From NCBI GenBank assembly GCA_965214935.1, contig CBDCCS010000016.1, positions 184,569 to 248,568 of the forward strand: a stretch of 64,000 bases of DNA, written 5' to 3'. The position numbers were made by a program, and so were the translations under genes. Positions 20,329 through 29,251 of the stretch are shown here, piece by piece (the stretch's first letter is position 1; each line of letters begins with the position of its first letter). The stretch comes from Candidatus Velthaea sp. (GTDB lineage: Bacteria > Vulcanimicrobiota > Vulcanimicrobiia > Vulcanimicrobiales > Vulcanimicrobiaceae). The notes beneath the pieces are model-generated. The model ran no database searches. It was not told where the DNA came from and saw only the letters and a list, made by a program, of their open reading frames with translations.

Positions 20329-20486
20329 GCCGGGTAGAACTAAGCGAGATCGTCGATTGCCGGTTGGGCTTGGAACGTCGAACGATTAAGACCAGAAGAA
20401 ATCTTCGGGCGAAGCGTCACCCTGCGCCGCGCCGCACTGTATAGGGTAACCGAACGTTCTAACTCTCAATCTATGGAGAACCACCT

Positions 20487-21728
20487 ATGAAGTCTCGATT
20501 TTTCGGGACGGCCGTCGTCGGCCTCGTCGGAGCGATCGTCGGCAGCTTTTCGATGATGCTCTTCGCCAGCACGCACTTTGCGAACGTCGCCGGACCGAAT
20601 AACACGCCTCCGGCCGTAAGCGCCGCTCCTTTGCCGGCCGTCGGCGGCACGAGCGATCAGGATCGTATCGTCAATGCGGTCAAACACGTCCAGCCGGCCG
20701 TCGTTGCCATCGACGTGACGATCAACGGCACACGCGTGTTGCCGGCCGATCCGTTGAGCCAGTTCTTCGGCGGTCCGAGCACCGGTCGCGTGCAGCGCTA
20801 CCACGCGCAAGCATCCGGATCGGGCTTCGTGTACAGCCGGAACGGCTTGATCGTGACCAACGCGCACGTCGTGCCGCCGGGCACCTCCGACGTCGAGGTT
20901 GTGTTTGCCAACGGCGAACGCCAAAAAGCTAAGGTGTTTTCACGGAATCCGGCCGCCGATTTAGCGCTCGTGAAAGTCACCAATTATCCGAAGCTTCCGG
21001 CTCCGATCGAACTCGGCGACAGCGATAAGCTTGCCGCCGGTCAGTGGGCGATCGCAATCGGCGAACCGTTCGAGCTCAAGCAGTCGGTCTCGGTCGGCGT
21101 CGTCTCGGGCTTCAATCGCGACGAAACGATCGGCGGCGAAGGCGAACAAGCTCGCATGTTCAAGGGCTTGCTGCAAACGTCCGCACCGATCAATCCCGGC
21201 AACTCGGGCGGGCCGCTCATCGACGTTACCGGACGTCTGATCGGTGTCAATCAGTCGACGGCGAATCCGCAAGCCGGCGCGCAGGGAATCGGCTTCGCAA
21301 TTCCGGTCAACATCATGAAACAGCAGGTCGCGATGCTCGAGACGCATCCGGGTCAAACACTCGAAGCATCGGCTACCGGAACGGGCATCCCGTACATCGG
21401 GGTCGCGTTGCAGAACCTCGATGACAACGTGCGCGCGCAGATTAATTATCAAGGTAAGTCAGGCGTCGTCGTCAGCGGAGTGTATCAAGGCACGCCTGCC
21501 GATCAAGCCGGATTGCAAGCCGGAGACGTCGTTACCTCGATCAACGGTAAGACCGTCAATTCACCCGATGAACTGACGAAAGAGATTCGCGCGCTCAAGC
21601 CCGGCCAAACGGTCGGCATGCAAGTCTTTAGCGCCGGCGTTAAGAAGCTGGTCAGCATTAAGATCGGTGAGGCACCGCCGGGCTTCGGGCAACAGCAGCA
21701 ACAACAGCAAGACCCGAACTCGCCGTAA
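20487..21728 (+). CDS. htrA: HtrA/DegP family serine protease with one PDZ domain
   Basis: TM anchor, GSGF, TNAHVV, DLALVKV, INPGNSGGPL and a PDZ domain (GTPADQAGLQAGDVV). Confidence 0.92.
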   Translation: MKSRFFGTAVVGLVGAIVGSFSMMLFASTHFANVAGPNNTPPAVSAAPLPAVGGTSDQDRIVNAVKHVQPAVVAIDVTINGTRVLPADPLSQFFGGPSTGRVQRYHAQASGSGFVYSRNGLIVTNAHVVPPGTSDVEVVFANGERQKAKVFSRNPAADLALVKVTNYPKLPAPIELGDSDKLAAGQWAIAIGEPFELKQSVSVGVVSGFNRDETIGGEGEQARMFKGLLQTSAPINPGNSGGPLIDVTGRLIGVNQSTANPQAGAQGIGFAIPVNIMKQQVAMLETHPGQTLEASATGTGIPYIGVALQNLDDNVRAQINYQGKSGVVVSGVYQGTPADQAGLQAGDVVTSINGKTVNSPDELTKEIRALKPGQTVGMQVFSAGVKKLVSIKIGEAPPGFGQQQQQQQDPNSP

Positions 21729-21804
21729 CGCGCGCTCGGCTTCCAGCGGGAGCCGGTCGAACGGAACGCTTCTCGCACGCAGAGCAAAACCGATAAAGGT
21801 GAAT

Positions 21805-21836
21805 TGGGGCGCCGGCAACGGCGCCTCATTCGTTTT
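21805..21836 (+). terminator. Intrinsic terminator after htrA
   Basis: TGGGGCGCCG-GCAA-CGGCGCCTCA hairpin followed by TTCGTTTT, between convergent genes. Confidence 0.65.
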
Positions 21837-21852
21837 CGCAACTTCGTGCCGG

Positions 21853-24501
21853 CTATTCCGTATGGCGCCGATGCAGCGTGGCCAGATAGGAGTCGGTCGC
21901 CGGAACGATCGTGCTCCGCTCTTTGATGTCGAATCGCGCGCGTTCGGTCCCTCGCGCGAGAAACGCATTCAATCCGGCCGGCACTTTTGATTGAATGAAC
22001 GAGGTTATGTCGCTCAGCGGCGCTCCACGCCAGTACAGCGTCGGAAAGTCTTGCGCCATGTCTCCGCCGGCGAGCGGACCGAAAGGCCGCGCTAATTCGT
22101 CGTAGTGTTGCTTGACGAATTGCCAAGACAACAGCGGATGATGATTGGCGACCATTTCGACGAGGTCCAAGCGGATCATCGCCGATTGCGGCGGGATCTC
22201 GGGCGACATCGTTATGCGCATGGCTTCGTCGGCCAGCTTCGGATCGCGCACGGCGGTCAGCGCGCCGTAGTAGCGGCGCAGTTCGGTCTCGTCTTTCGCC
22301 GACTTGGCGATCGAGTGCAGACGCTCGAATGTCGCGGCATCGGCATTCGCAGCAACAATGTCCAGATAGACGCTTTGATCGTCCGGCGCGATCGAATTGC
22401 GGTCGGTCAAAAAAGTCGCAAACCGGCGCTGCGCCTCTGCAATCACGTCCGCATCACCCCACCGGCCGAGATCGCCGATTGCCGTACGGCGCAAACCTTG
22501 GAGATCGGGCGTTTCACTTGCTGCCGGCGTATATCCGAGTTGCGTTGCAAGCGGCTTGACGATCGATCGCGCGTAGGCAAGATACCGGTCGTAGCCGGGC
22601 GTGCCCCGTTCATCACGCTCGATGATTTCCAGTGCGCCGACGACTTGATCCCACGCCCGCGCATCCAAATCGCCGCCCATCGACGCAGCCAACGCTAGGT
22701 ATGACGGCAACTTCGCCTGGCCGGCCCGAACGAGTGCCCAGCGGTCGTCGAGCAGCCCGATCCGGTCGCCGTTCGGCAGCAATCGGAAGTTCTTGCTGTT
22801 GACGGCGAAAATCGATTCGTCGTACGCGACGCGAAAGAAGCCGACCGTCCCCGCATTGAGCGTTAGCGGTTCGGCGCACTTTCCGGCTACTGCGGTCTGA
22901 CCGTCATTGACGAGTAACAAGCTGCGCGGCGCGCCCGTAACACCCGAACGGATCGAGAGCGGGATCGTCCAACGCGGTCTCGGATCGTTGCCGTCGAGCA
23001 AGAAGCGCTGTTGCGCCAACGCGATCGTCCGGTCGCCGTTAGCGCCGCAGGTCGCGGAAACGGAAACGACCGGGAAGCCGGCTTGTTCGGTCCATGCACG
23101 CGACAACGACGCGACGTCCTGATGGCTCGCGGCAGACAAAGCGTTCCAAAGATCGGTCCCGGTCGCATTTGAGAAAGCGCGCGCTTTCATGTAACGGCGT
23201 ACGCCGTCGCGAAACGTATCGGGGCCGAGATACGCCTCGAGCATGCGTAGAAACGCTTCGCCTTTGGCATAGGTAATCTCACTATCGAAGGCAGTCTCGG
23301 CTTCGAGTTCGTTTGCGACGTGGACTTGAATCGGATGCGAAGTGACGCGCGCATCGGCCGCCATCGCGACCTCTTTGCTCTCGTCCTCGTTCTCCCACCA
23401 GTTCCAGGCCGGATTGCGCAGATCGGTCTCTTTGGCGGCGCGCCACGACGCGAAGCTCTCATTGAGCCAGAGATCGTCCCACCAGCCCATCGTCACGAGA
23501 TCGCCGTTCCATTGATGGGCCATCTCATGCGCTTGAATGCTGTAGACGGTCTGCTTGTTGCCGATCGTGCTCGAAGGCGTCAGCAGCAGCGCTTCGTCCG
23601 TGTACGTAATCGCGCCCCAATTTTCCATCGCGCCGCCGAAGCCGCCCGGAATTGCGATCGAATCGAGTTTGGGCAACGGATAATGATAACCAAAATAATC
23701 GTTATAGTCGGCCAAAATCTGCTGTGCGTTCGCCAGCGCAACGCGACCGCCGTTCTCTTGGCCTTTTACGGCAACGACGCCGAATTGCGTACCGTTCGCC
23801 GCGGCGTAGATCGCACCGAGATTGCCGGCCGAAAACTCAACGAGGTAGGTCGGCATCTTCGGTGTCCGTAAAAACGTCGTCGTCGCGAGCGATCCGTTCT
23901 CGGTCCGGCTCGCAACCGGCATGTTTGCGACCGTCATCCAGGCCGCCGGGACCGTGACGCTGAGGGTAAAGGTGGCGCGAAACGCCGGCTCGTCCCAGCA
24001 CGGAAACATGCGGCGGGCATCGGTCGCCTCGAACTGCGTCGAAAGCATGACGGCATCGCCGCCGTCCGCCGTGCGATAAGGCTGAGCGAAAAGGCCCTGG
24101 GGCGAGCTTTCGATCTTACCGGTGTAGGCGAAACTTAAAATATGCTTACCGGGCCGCGCCGGTTGGGCCGGTGTTACGGTGGTGAGCTGACGATCGTTTT
24201 CGGTGATCACCGTCGCCACGGCGGCCCCGTCGAGCCGAACGTCGGCGAGCGACTCGTTAAGGGTGTTGAATTCGATCGTCGACGTCGCCGAGCGCACGTC
24301 GAGTACGATCGACTCGGTACCTGTGAGCGTATGCGCTGCCGCATCCGGAACGACGGCAATCGTATAGTCGATCGGCACGACGTTCTTGGGCAACCGGCCG
24401 AATGCCGTATCGAAATTAAACGTCTGGGCCGCAGACGGTACACCGGCAAAAACAAGCGCGATCGGCAACGCAACCAAAACACCATGGCGGGCGAATCTCA
24501 T
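21853..24501 (-). CDS. pepN: Secreted M1 family aminopeptidase N
   Basis: TQFEATDARRMFPCWDEP, GAMENWG and HEMAHQW...WLNE. Signal peptide from ATG 24501. Confidence 0.92.
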   Translation of the reverse strand: MRFARHGVLVALPIALVFAGVPSAAQTFNFDTAFGRLPKNVVPIDYTIAVVPDAAAHTLTGTESIVLDVRSATSTIEFNTLNESLADVRLDGAAVATVITENDRQLTTVTPAQPARPGKHILSFAYTGKIESSPQGLFAQPYRTADGGDAVMLSTQFEATDARRMFPCWDEPAFRATFTLSVTVPAAWMTVANMPVASRTENGSLATTTFLRTPKMPTYLVEFSAGNLGAIYAAANGTQFGVVAVKGQENGGRVALANAQQILADYNDYFGYHYPLPKLDSIAIPGGFGGAMENWGAITYTDEALLLTPSSTIGNKQTVYSIQAHEMAHQWNGDLVTMGWWDDLWLNESFASWRAAKETDLRNPAWNWWENEDESKEVAMAADARVTSHPIQVHVANELEAETAFDSEITYAKGEAFLRMLEAYLGPDTFRDGVRRYMKARAFSNATGTDLWNALSAASHQDVASLSRAWTEQAGFPVVSVSATCGANGDRTIALAQQRFLLDGNDPRPRWTIPLSIRSGVTGAPRSLLLVNDGQTAVAGKCAEPLTLNAGTVGFFRVAYDESIFAVNSKNFRLLPNGDRIGLLDDRWALVRAGQAKLPSYLALAASMGGDLDARAWDQVVGALEIIERDERGTPGYDRYLAYARSIVKPLATQLGYTPAASETPDLQGLRRTAIGDLGRWGDADVIAEAQRRFATFLTDRNSIAPDDQSVYLDIVAANADAATFERLHSIAKSAKDETELRRYYGALTAVRDPKLADEAMRITMSPEIPPQSAMIRLDLVEMVANHHPLLSWQFVKQHYDELARPFGPLAGGDMAQDFPTLYWRGAPLSDITSFIQSKVPAGLNAFLARGTERARFDIKERSTIVPATDSYLATLHRRHTE

Positions 24502-24574
24502 CGTTCGACTATACCTACGCCCGGTGTCCCGCGCCTGTGCGCAAACGGCTAAATCGCACCGCCGGTCGTGCGAT

Positions 24575-25252
24575 CTACGGGCGTGCCCGCGTGATGTCGA
24601 AGTAGAGCGTCCGTTGCTTGTCCAGACATGTCGAGCTGACGACGGCATAGGTTCGCCCGTCGCGCCGGTCGATCGTCGACTTGCGCCCGCTCGTCGCACA
24701 CGCATGAACCGTCAAATACCGTTCGCGGAAATGGTCGCTATCCAGAACGCTCGGTGAAAGATCGAGAATCGCCGAAGTATACGAATCGGCCGCCGGCTCG
24801 CGCAGCGGCGGTAACGTCGCATTACCCGCCGCAATCGTGCCGGAACCGACGAGCTTGATACTCTCGAGCGTGTCGCCGTCGAACCGGTAGATGAGCGATG
24901 CGTCTTCGTTGCCGGTCTCGGGAAACATCAACGTGTTCATGGTTTCGAAGGCCGGCTTGCCTCGCTTTGCGAGTACCGTCAGCCGGTTCATACCGACAAA
25001 GATTCCGTGGCTGTCCAAGGCACCCGGTGCCGCTTCGGTGCGTTCCCGTTCGATTTCCACGGCCGAGACAACGCCGTCGCGTTCGGTCACCCGCAACACG
25101 GCCGACGGATCGTCGTTACGCAGGTAATCGGCGGTCCGGGAAACTTTCGAGGTTTCGACGAGCAGCGGGTCGCCGAGCGTCGCGCGAAGTTCGCTCGCCG
25201 GTGTTCCAAGCGTAATTCCGAGCAGTACGAAGCTAAGGGCGAACAGCGGCAT
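24575..25252 (-). CDS. Exported hypothetical protein with an internal duplication
   Basis: Hydrophobic N-terminus; LGITLGTPASELRATLGDP and HGIFVGMNRLTVLAKRGKP repeats; C-terminal Cys pair. Confidence 0.65.
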   Translation of the reverse strand: MPLFALSFVLLGITLGTPASELRATLGDPLLVETSKVSRTADYLRNDDPSAVLRVTERDGVVSAVEIERERTEAAPGALDSHGIFVGMNRLTVLAKRGKPAFETMNTLMFPETGNEDASLIYRFDGDTLESIKLVGSGTIAAGNATLPPLREPAADSYTSAILDLSPSVLDSDHFRERYLTVHACATSGRKSTIDRRDGRTYAVVSSTCLDKQRTLYFDITRARP

Positions 25253-25393
25253 CGGTCAGAGAACGTAATCCGGTTCAACCGCATTTGCAAGGCGGCTGGT
25301 TTACGTCTGTCGTTCGAGCGAGCGTAACGCGGCGTGTAATGAAAAGATGCGGTCAAACGCAACCACAGTGACAGTTTTATTGTCATAGACGCT

Positions 25394-25422
25394 GGAACAA
25401 ACCGCTTCGTGTGACGTATGAT
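25394..25422 (+). promoter_or_regulatory. Candidate dnaK promoter (ECF-like GGAAC-N16-CGTA overlapping TATGAT)
   Basis: GGAAC 25394-98, CGTA 25415-18 and TATGAT 25417-22. Confidence 0.4.
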
Positions 25423-25443
25423 TAGCAGTGCGTCGCAGAGCGG

Positions 25444-25590
25444 CGAGCAACACCAACCGCGGGGGATCCGGTTTGCCGGAGCTCACGCATCCTTGAGTGT
25501 CGATAAGCGGCAAGGCCCGACAACGGCGGCTTCTCGGAGCCGTCCGATGCGAATCGCATCGTAGGGCTGGTCCACGGCGCTCGGAAAGCG
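25444..25590 (+). ncRNA. Putative structured cis-regulatory leader of dnaK
   Basis: Nested complementary segments, e.g. TTGCCG/CGGCAA, CGATGCG/CGCATCG, GCCC/GGGC and CGAGC/GCTCG. Confidence 0.5.
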
Positions 25591-25600
25591 AATAGTAGTA

Positions 25601-27454
25601 ATGGCAAAAGTGGTCGGAATCGACCTCGGCACGACGAACTCCGTCGTCGCCGTGATGGAGGGGCAAAGCCCCACGGTCATCGCGAACTCCGAAGGTAATC
25701 GCACGACGCCTTCGGTTGTCGCATTTACCAAAACCGGCGAGCGGCTCGTCGGGCAACTCGCCAAGCGTCAAGCAGTGACCAATCCGGAGCGCACGATCAG
25801 TTCGATCAAGCGCGAGATGGGCACCGATCATAAAACGAAGATCGACGGCAAGGATTACTCGCCGCAAGAGATCAGTTCGATGATCCTGCAAAAGCTTGTC
25901 AACGATGCCTCGACCTATCTGGGCGAGCGTGTCACCAAAGCCGTCGTTACCGTGCCGGCATATTTCAACGACGCACAGCGTCAGGCAACCAAAGATGCCG
26001 GCAAGATTGCCGGTCTGGACGTGCTGCGCATCATTAACGAGCCGACGGCGGCTGCTCTGGCGTACGGCCTCGATAAAAAAGGCAACGAGACGATTCTGGT
26101 CTGGGATCTCGGCGGCGGTACGTTCGACGTTTCGATTCTCGAGGTCGGCGACGGCGTGTTCGAGGTGAAATCAACCAACGGCGATACGCACTTAGGCGGC
26201 GACGATTACGACGCCAAGATCGTCGATTTCTTGGCAACCGAGTTCCGTAAAGAACAAGGCATCGATCTCAGCGGCGATAAGCAGGCGATGCAACGGCTCA
26301 CCGAAGCGGCCGAAAAAGCCAAGATCGAATTGTCGGGCGTCGTCACGACCAATATCAATCTGCCGTTCATCACGGCGGATCAAAATGGACCCAAGCATCT
26401 CGACATCACCTTGACGCGCGCAAAATTCGAGGAGCTCACCGCAAGCCTGACCGATCGCTGCATTAAGCCGTTCAAGAACGCGTTGGCCGATGCAAAACTC
26501 GACGTTGCGAAGATCGATGAAGTGGTCATGGTCGGCGGCTCGACGCGCATGCCTGTGATTCAAGAACTCGTCAAGAAACTGACCGGCAAAGAACTCAATC
26601 AATCGGTCAACCCCGATGAAGTTGTCGCGATCGGCGCGGCGATTCAAGCCGGCGTATTAGCCGGTGAAGTTCGCGACGTCGTTCTGCTCGACGTCACGCC
26701 GCTCTCGCTCGGACTCGAAACGCTCGGCGGCGTCAATACAAAGTTGATCGAACGCAATACGACGATTCCGACCCGCAAGACGCAGGTTTTCACGACGGCT
26801 GAAGACGGTCAGACGTCAGTCGACATTCACGTCCTGCAGGGCGAGCGTGAAATGGCCGGCGACAACAAAACGCTGGCCCGGTTCCGGCTCGAAGGCATCC
26901 CGGCCGCACCACGCGGCGTTCCGCAAATTGAAGTCACCTTCAATATCGATGCGAACGGCATCGTCAACGTCGGCGCCAAAGATACGGGCACCGGCAAAGA
27001 GCAGCAGATTACGATTACCGCGTCGACCAATCTCAATAAAGACGAGATCGACAAGATGGTGCGCGATGCCGAAGCGGCGCGCGTCGAGGATCAACGCAAG
27101 AAAGAGGACGCCGAAATTCGCAATACGGCAAACTCGCTGATCTACTCGACGGAAAAATCGCTCAAAGAAGTCGGCGATAAAGCCGATCCGACGATTCGCA
27201 CCGATGTTGAAGCGGCACTCGGCGAACTCAAGCGCGTTTCCGAAAACGGCACCGCCGACGAAATCAAAGCAGCGACCGAAAAGCTGCAAACGTCGAGCTA
27301 CAAACTGGCCGAAGCGCTGTATGCCAAAACCGGCGCCTCTCCGAACGGAGCGGGCGACGGTCAGGCAGCCGGTAACGGTGCAACGAACGGCTCGACCGAC
27401 GGCGCGCCGCACGGCGACGACGTCATCGACGCCGAATTCAAAGAAGCGAAGTAA
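25601..27454 (+). CDS. dnaK: Chaperone DnaK (Hsp70)
   Basis: [37 protein letters not shown] and DVIDAEF. Confidence 0.99.
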   Translation: MAKVVGIDLGTTNSVVAVMEGQSPTVIANSEGNRTTPSVVAFTKTGERLVGQLAKRQAVTNPERTISSIKREMGTDHKTKIDGKDYSPQEISSMILQKLVNDASTYLGERVTKAVVTVPAYFNDAQRQATKDAGKIAGLDVLRIINEPTAAALAYGLDKKGNETILVWDLGGGTFDVSILEVGDGVFEVKSTNGDTHLGGDDYDAKIVDFLATEFRKEQGIDLSGDKQAMQRLTEAAEKAKIELSGVVTTNINLPFITADQNGPKHLDITLTRAKFEELTASLTDRCIKPFKNALADAKLDVAKIDEVVMVGGSTRMPVIQELVKKLTGKELNQSVNPDEVVAIGAAIQAGVLAGEVRDVVLLDVTPLSLGLETLGGVNTKLIERNTTIPTRKTQVFTTAEDGQTSVDIHVLQGEREMAGDNKTLARFRLEGIPAAPRGVPQIEVTFNIDANGIVNVGAKDTGTGKEQQITITASTNLNKDEIDKMVRDAEAARVEDQRKKEDAEIRNTANSLIYSTEKSLKEVGDKADPTIRTDVEAALGELKRVSENGTADEIKAATEKLQTSSYKLAEALYAKTGASPNGAGDGQAAGNGATNGSTDGAPHGDDVIDAEFKEAK

Positions 27455-27462
27455 CACCGCGT

Positions 27463-27510
27463 GATGCACGTGCGAGGTGCGCTCCATCGAGCGCGCCTCG
27501 CGTATGCATC
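27463..27510 (+). other. Long intercistronic stem-loop between dnaK and grpE
   Basis: GATGCACGTGCGAGGTGCGCTC-CATC-GAGCGCGCCTCGCGTATGCATC with no U-tail. Confidence 0.7.
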
Positions 27511-27532
27511 CGTTCGTAAAAGAAAGAGCGTC

Positions 27533-28081
27533 ATGAACGACGACAGTTACACGAACGCGTCCGCGGAAGCTTCGGCCAACGTAGACGCGCCGGCAAACGG
27601 TGCAACAACGGCGACCGCCGATGCGGATTCCGCTGCCCTCCTGTCCGCGGCGAATGCCAAGGCCGAGGACAATTACAATCGCTATTTATACGCGATGGCC
27701 GACTTCGAAAACTATAAGAAGCGCATGGAGCGTCAGCTCGGTGAGATTTCCCTTGCCGGCCGCAAATCACTCATCGGCAAGTTTCTCCCGGTCATCGACA
27801 ATCTCGAACGAGCATTGTCGTACGGAACGGAGAATGAAGCGCTCAAAGGCGGTCTGCAAGCAACGCTGCGTGGCTTTGAAAACGTACTTGCCGGCGAAGG
27901 CGTGACAGCGATTTCGCTTAAAGGCCAGCCGTTCGATCCGCGTCTGGCAGAGGCCATCGGTACGCAACCGGCACCGGCCGGCGTTGCCGAAGATACCGTG
28001 CTCGAAGAAGCGACTAAGGCCTACGTCCATGGCGACGACGTGCTGCGCGTCGCACATGTTATCGTCGCAAAAAGCGATTAA
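27533..28081 (+). CDS. grpE: Nucleotide exchange factor GrpE
   Basis: ADFENYKKR, FLPVIDNLERAL, FDPRLAEA and VLRVAHVIVAK; position after dnaK. Confidence 0.95.
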   Translation: MNDDSYTNASAEASANVDAPANGATTATADADSAALLSAANAKAEDNYNRYLYAMADFENYKKRMERQLGEISLAGRKSLIGKFLPVIDNLERALSYGTENEALKGGLQATLRGFENVLAGEGVTAISLKGQPFDPRLAEAIGTQPAPAGVAEDTVLEEATKAYVHGDDVLRVAHVIVAKSD

Positions 28082-28144
28082 GGCGATTGCACGTGGCGCG
28101 GCCGGTACGTGCCGGCCGCCGGCCCGTCCGGAGCGCACTGCTGC

Positions 28145-29173
28145 ATGAATTATAAGAACTATTACGACATACTGGGCATCGAAAAAACGGCAGCCGAAAA
28201 AGACGTTAAATCGGCATACCGGAAGCTCGCGCGGAAGTGGCACCCGGACGCGAATCCGACCAACGCGCGACAAGCCGAAGAAAAGTTCAAAGACATCCAA
28301 GAGGCGTACGAAGTTCTCGGCGATACCGAGAAGCGAAAGAAGTACGACGTCTTGGGCAACGATTGGCAGCGCGCCGCGCAAGAAGCCGAACAGCACCGGA
28401 CGTACCGGCAAGCGCAGCGCGATGCGTCGTTCGACTTCACCAACGCAAACGCAGCCGGCGGTGCGGCCGGACAAACCGGCTTTTCCGACTTCTTCGACAT
28501 GTTCTTCTCGGGCATCGGGCGCCGGCCGACGGCGCCCGGAGCGACGGCCAGCTTCGGCGAGCGCGGGCAAGATCTCGAAACGACGATCGATTTGAGCTTA
28601 ACCGAAGCGTATGCCGGCGGCAATAAATCGGTTTCGCTTCAACTCGAGGATCGCTGTTCGCGCTGTAACGGCACGGGGACCGATCGGAAAGGCATTTGTC
28701 CGCAATGTCACGGGACCGGACGTGTTTTAGAAACGAAGCGCTTCGACGTCAGCATTCCGAAAGGCGTGCGCGAAGGGCAGCGCATTCGGCTAAGCGGCCA
28801 AGGCGGTAGCGGTGCGGCCGGCGGACCGAACGGCGATCTCTTTTTGATCGTCAAGTTTACCGACGACAAGCGCTACGAACGTAAGGGCGACGATCTCTAC
28901 GTCGACCTGCCGGTTTCGATCTACGATCTCATCCTCGGCGGCGATGTGAACGTCCCGACCATCACGGGCGAGGTTACCATGACGATTCCGGCCGGCACGC
29001 AGAACAACAAGATGCTGCGGCTGTCGGGCAAAGGGATGCCCAAGCTGAAAAACGCCGGCTTCGGCGATGAGTACGTGCGGCTCGTCGGGCTGCTGCCGAC
29101 CGATTTAAGCGATAAGGAAAGCAAGTTATTCCGCGAGCTTGCCGGTTTGCGGAACGGCAAGGCCGCTAAATAA
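28145..29173 (+). CDS. dnaJ: DnaJ family co-chaperone with a reduced zinc finger
   Basis: YYDILG, WHPD, G/F region, only two CxxCxGxG motifs, and DnaJ_C. Confidence 0.88.
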   Translation: MNYKNYYDILGIEKTAAEKDVKSAYRKLARKWHPDANPTNARQAEEKFKDIQEAYEVLGDTEKRKKYDVLGNDWQRAAQEAEQHRTYRQAQRDASFDFTNANAAGGAAGQTGFSDFFDMFFSGIGRRPTAPGATASFGERGQDLETTIDLSLTEAYAGGNKSVSLQLEDRCSRCNGTGTDRKGICPQCHGTGRVLETKRFDVSIPKGVREGQRIRLSGQGGSGAAGGPNGDLFLIVKFTDDKRYERKGDDLYVDLPVSIYDLILGGDVNVPTITGEVTMTIPAGTQNNKMLRLSGKGMPKLKNAGFGDEYVRLVGLLPTDLSDKESKLFRELAGLRNGKAAK

Positions 29174-29251
29174 CGCTTGCACCGGCTCAATTGCGAGCCG
29201 GCTCGCAACTGCGCGGGAACCTGCGCCCTGCAACGTGTGTCGTAAGCTGCG

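Noticed and set aside
21690..21710. CAA/CAG repeat encoding Q7 at the HtrA C-terminus
   Set aside because: Mixed codons in a low-complexity tail; not a contingency repeat or array.
25422..25448. CIRCE-like half site TTAGCAGTG upstream of dnaK
   Set aside because: No matching GAGTGCTAA arm at 9-nt spacing.
25492..25512. HAIR (HspR) half site CTTGAGT
   Set aside because: No ACTCAAG arm after 7 nt and no hspR in the operon; better explained as part of the RNA stem.
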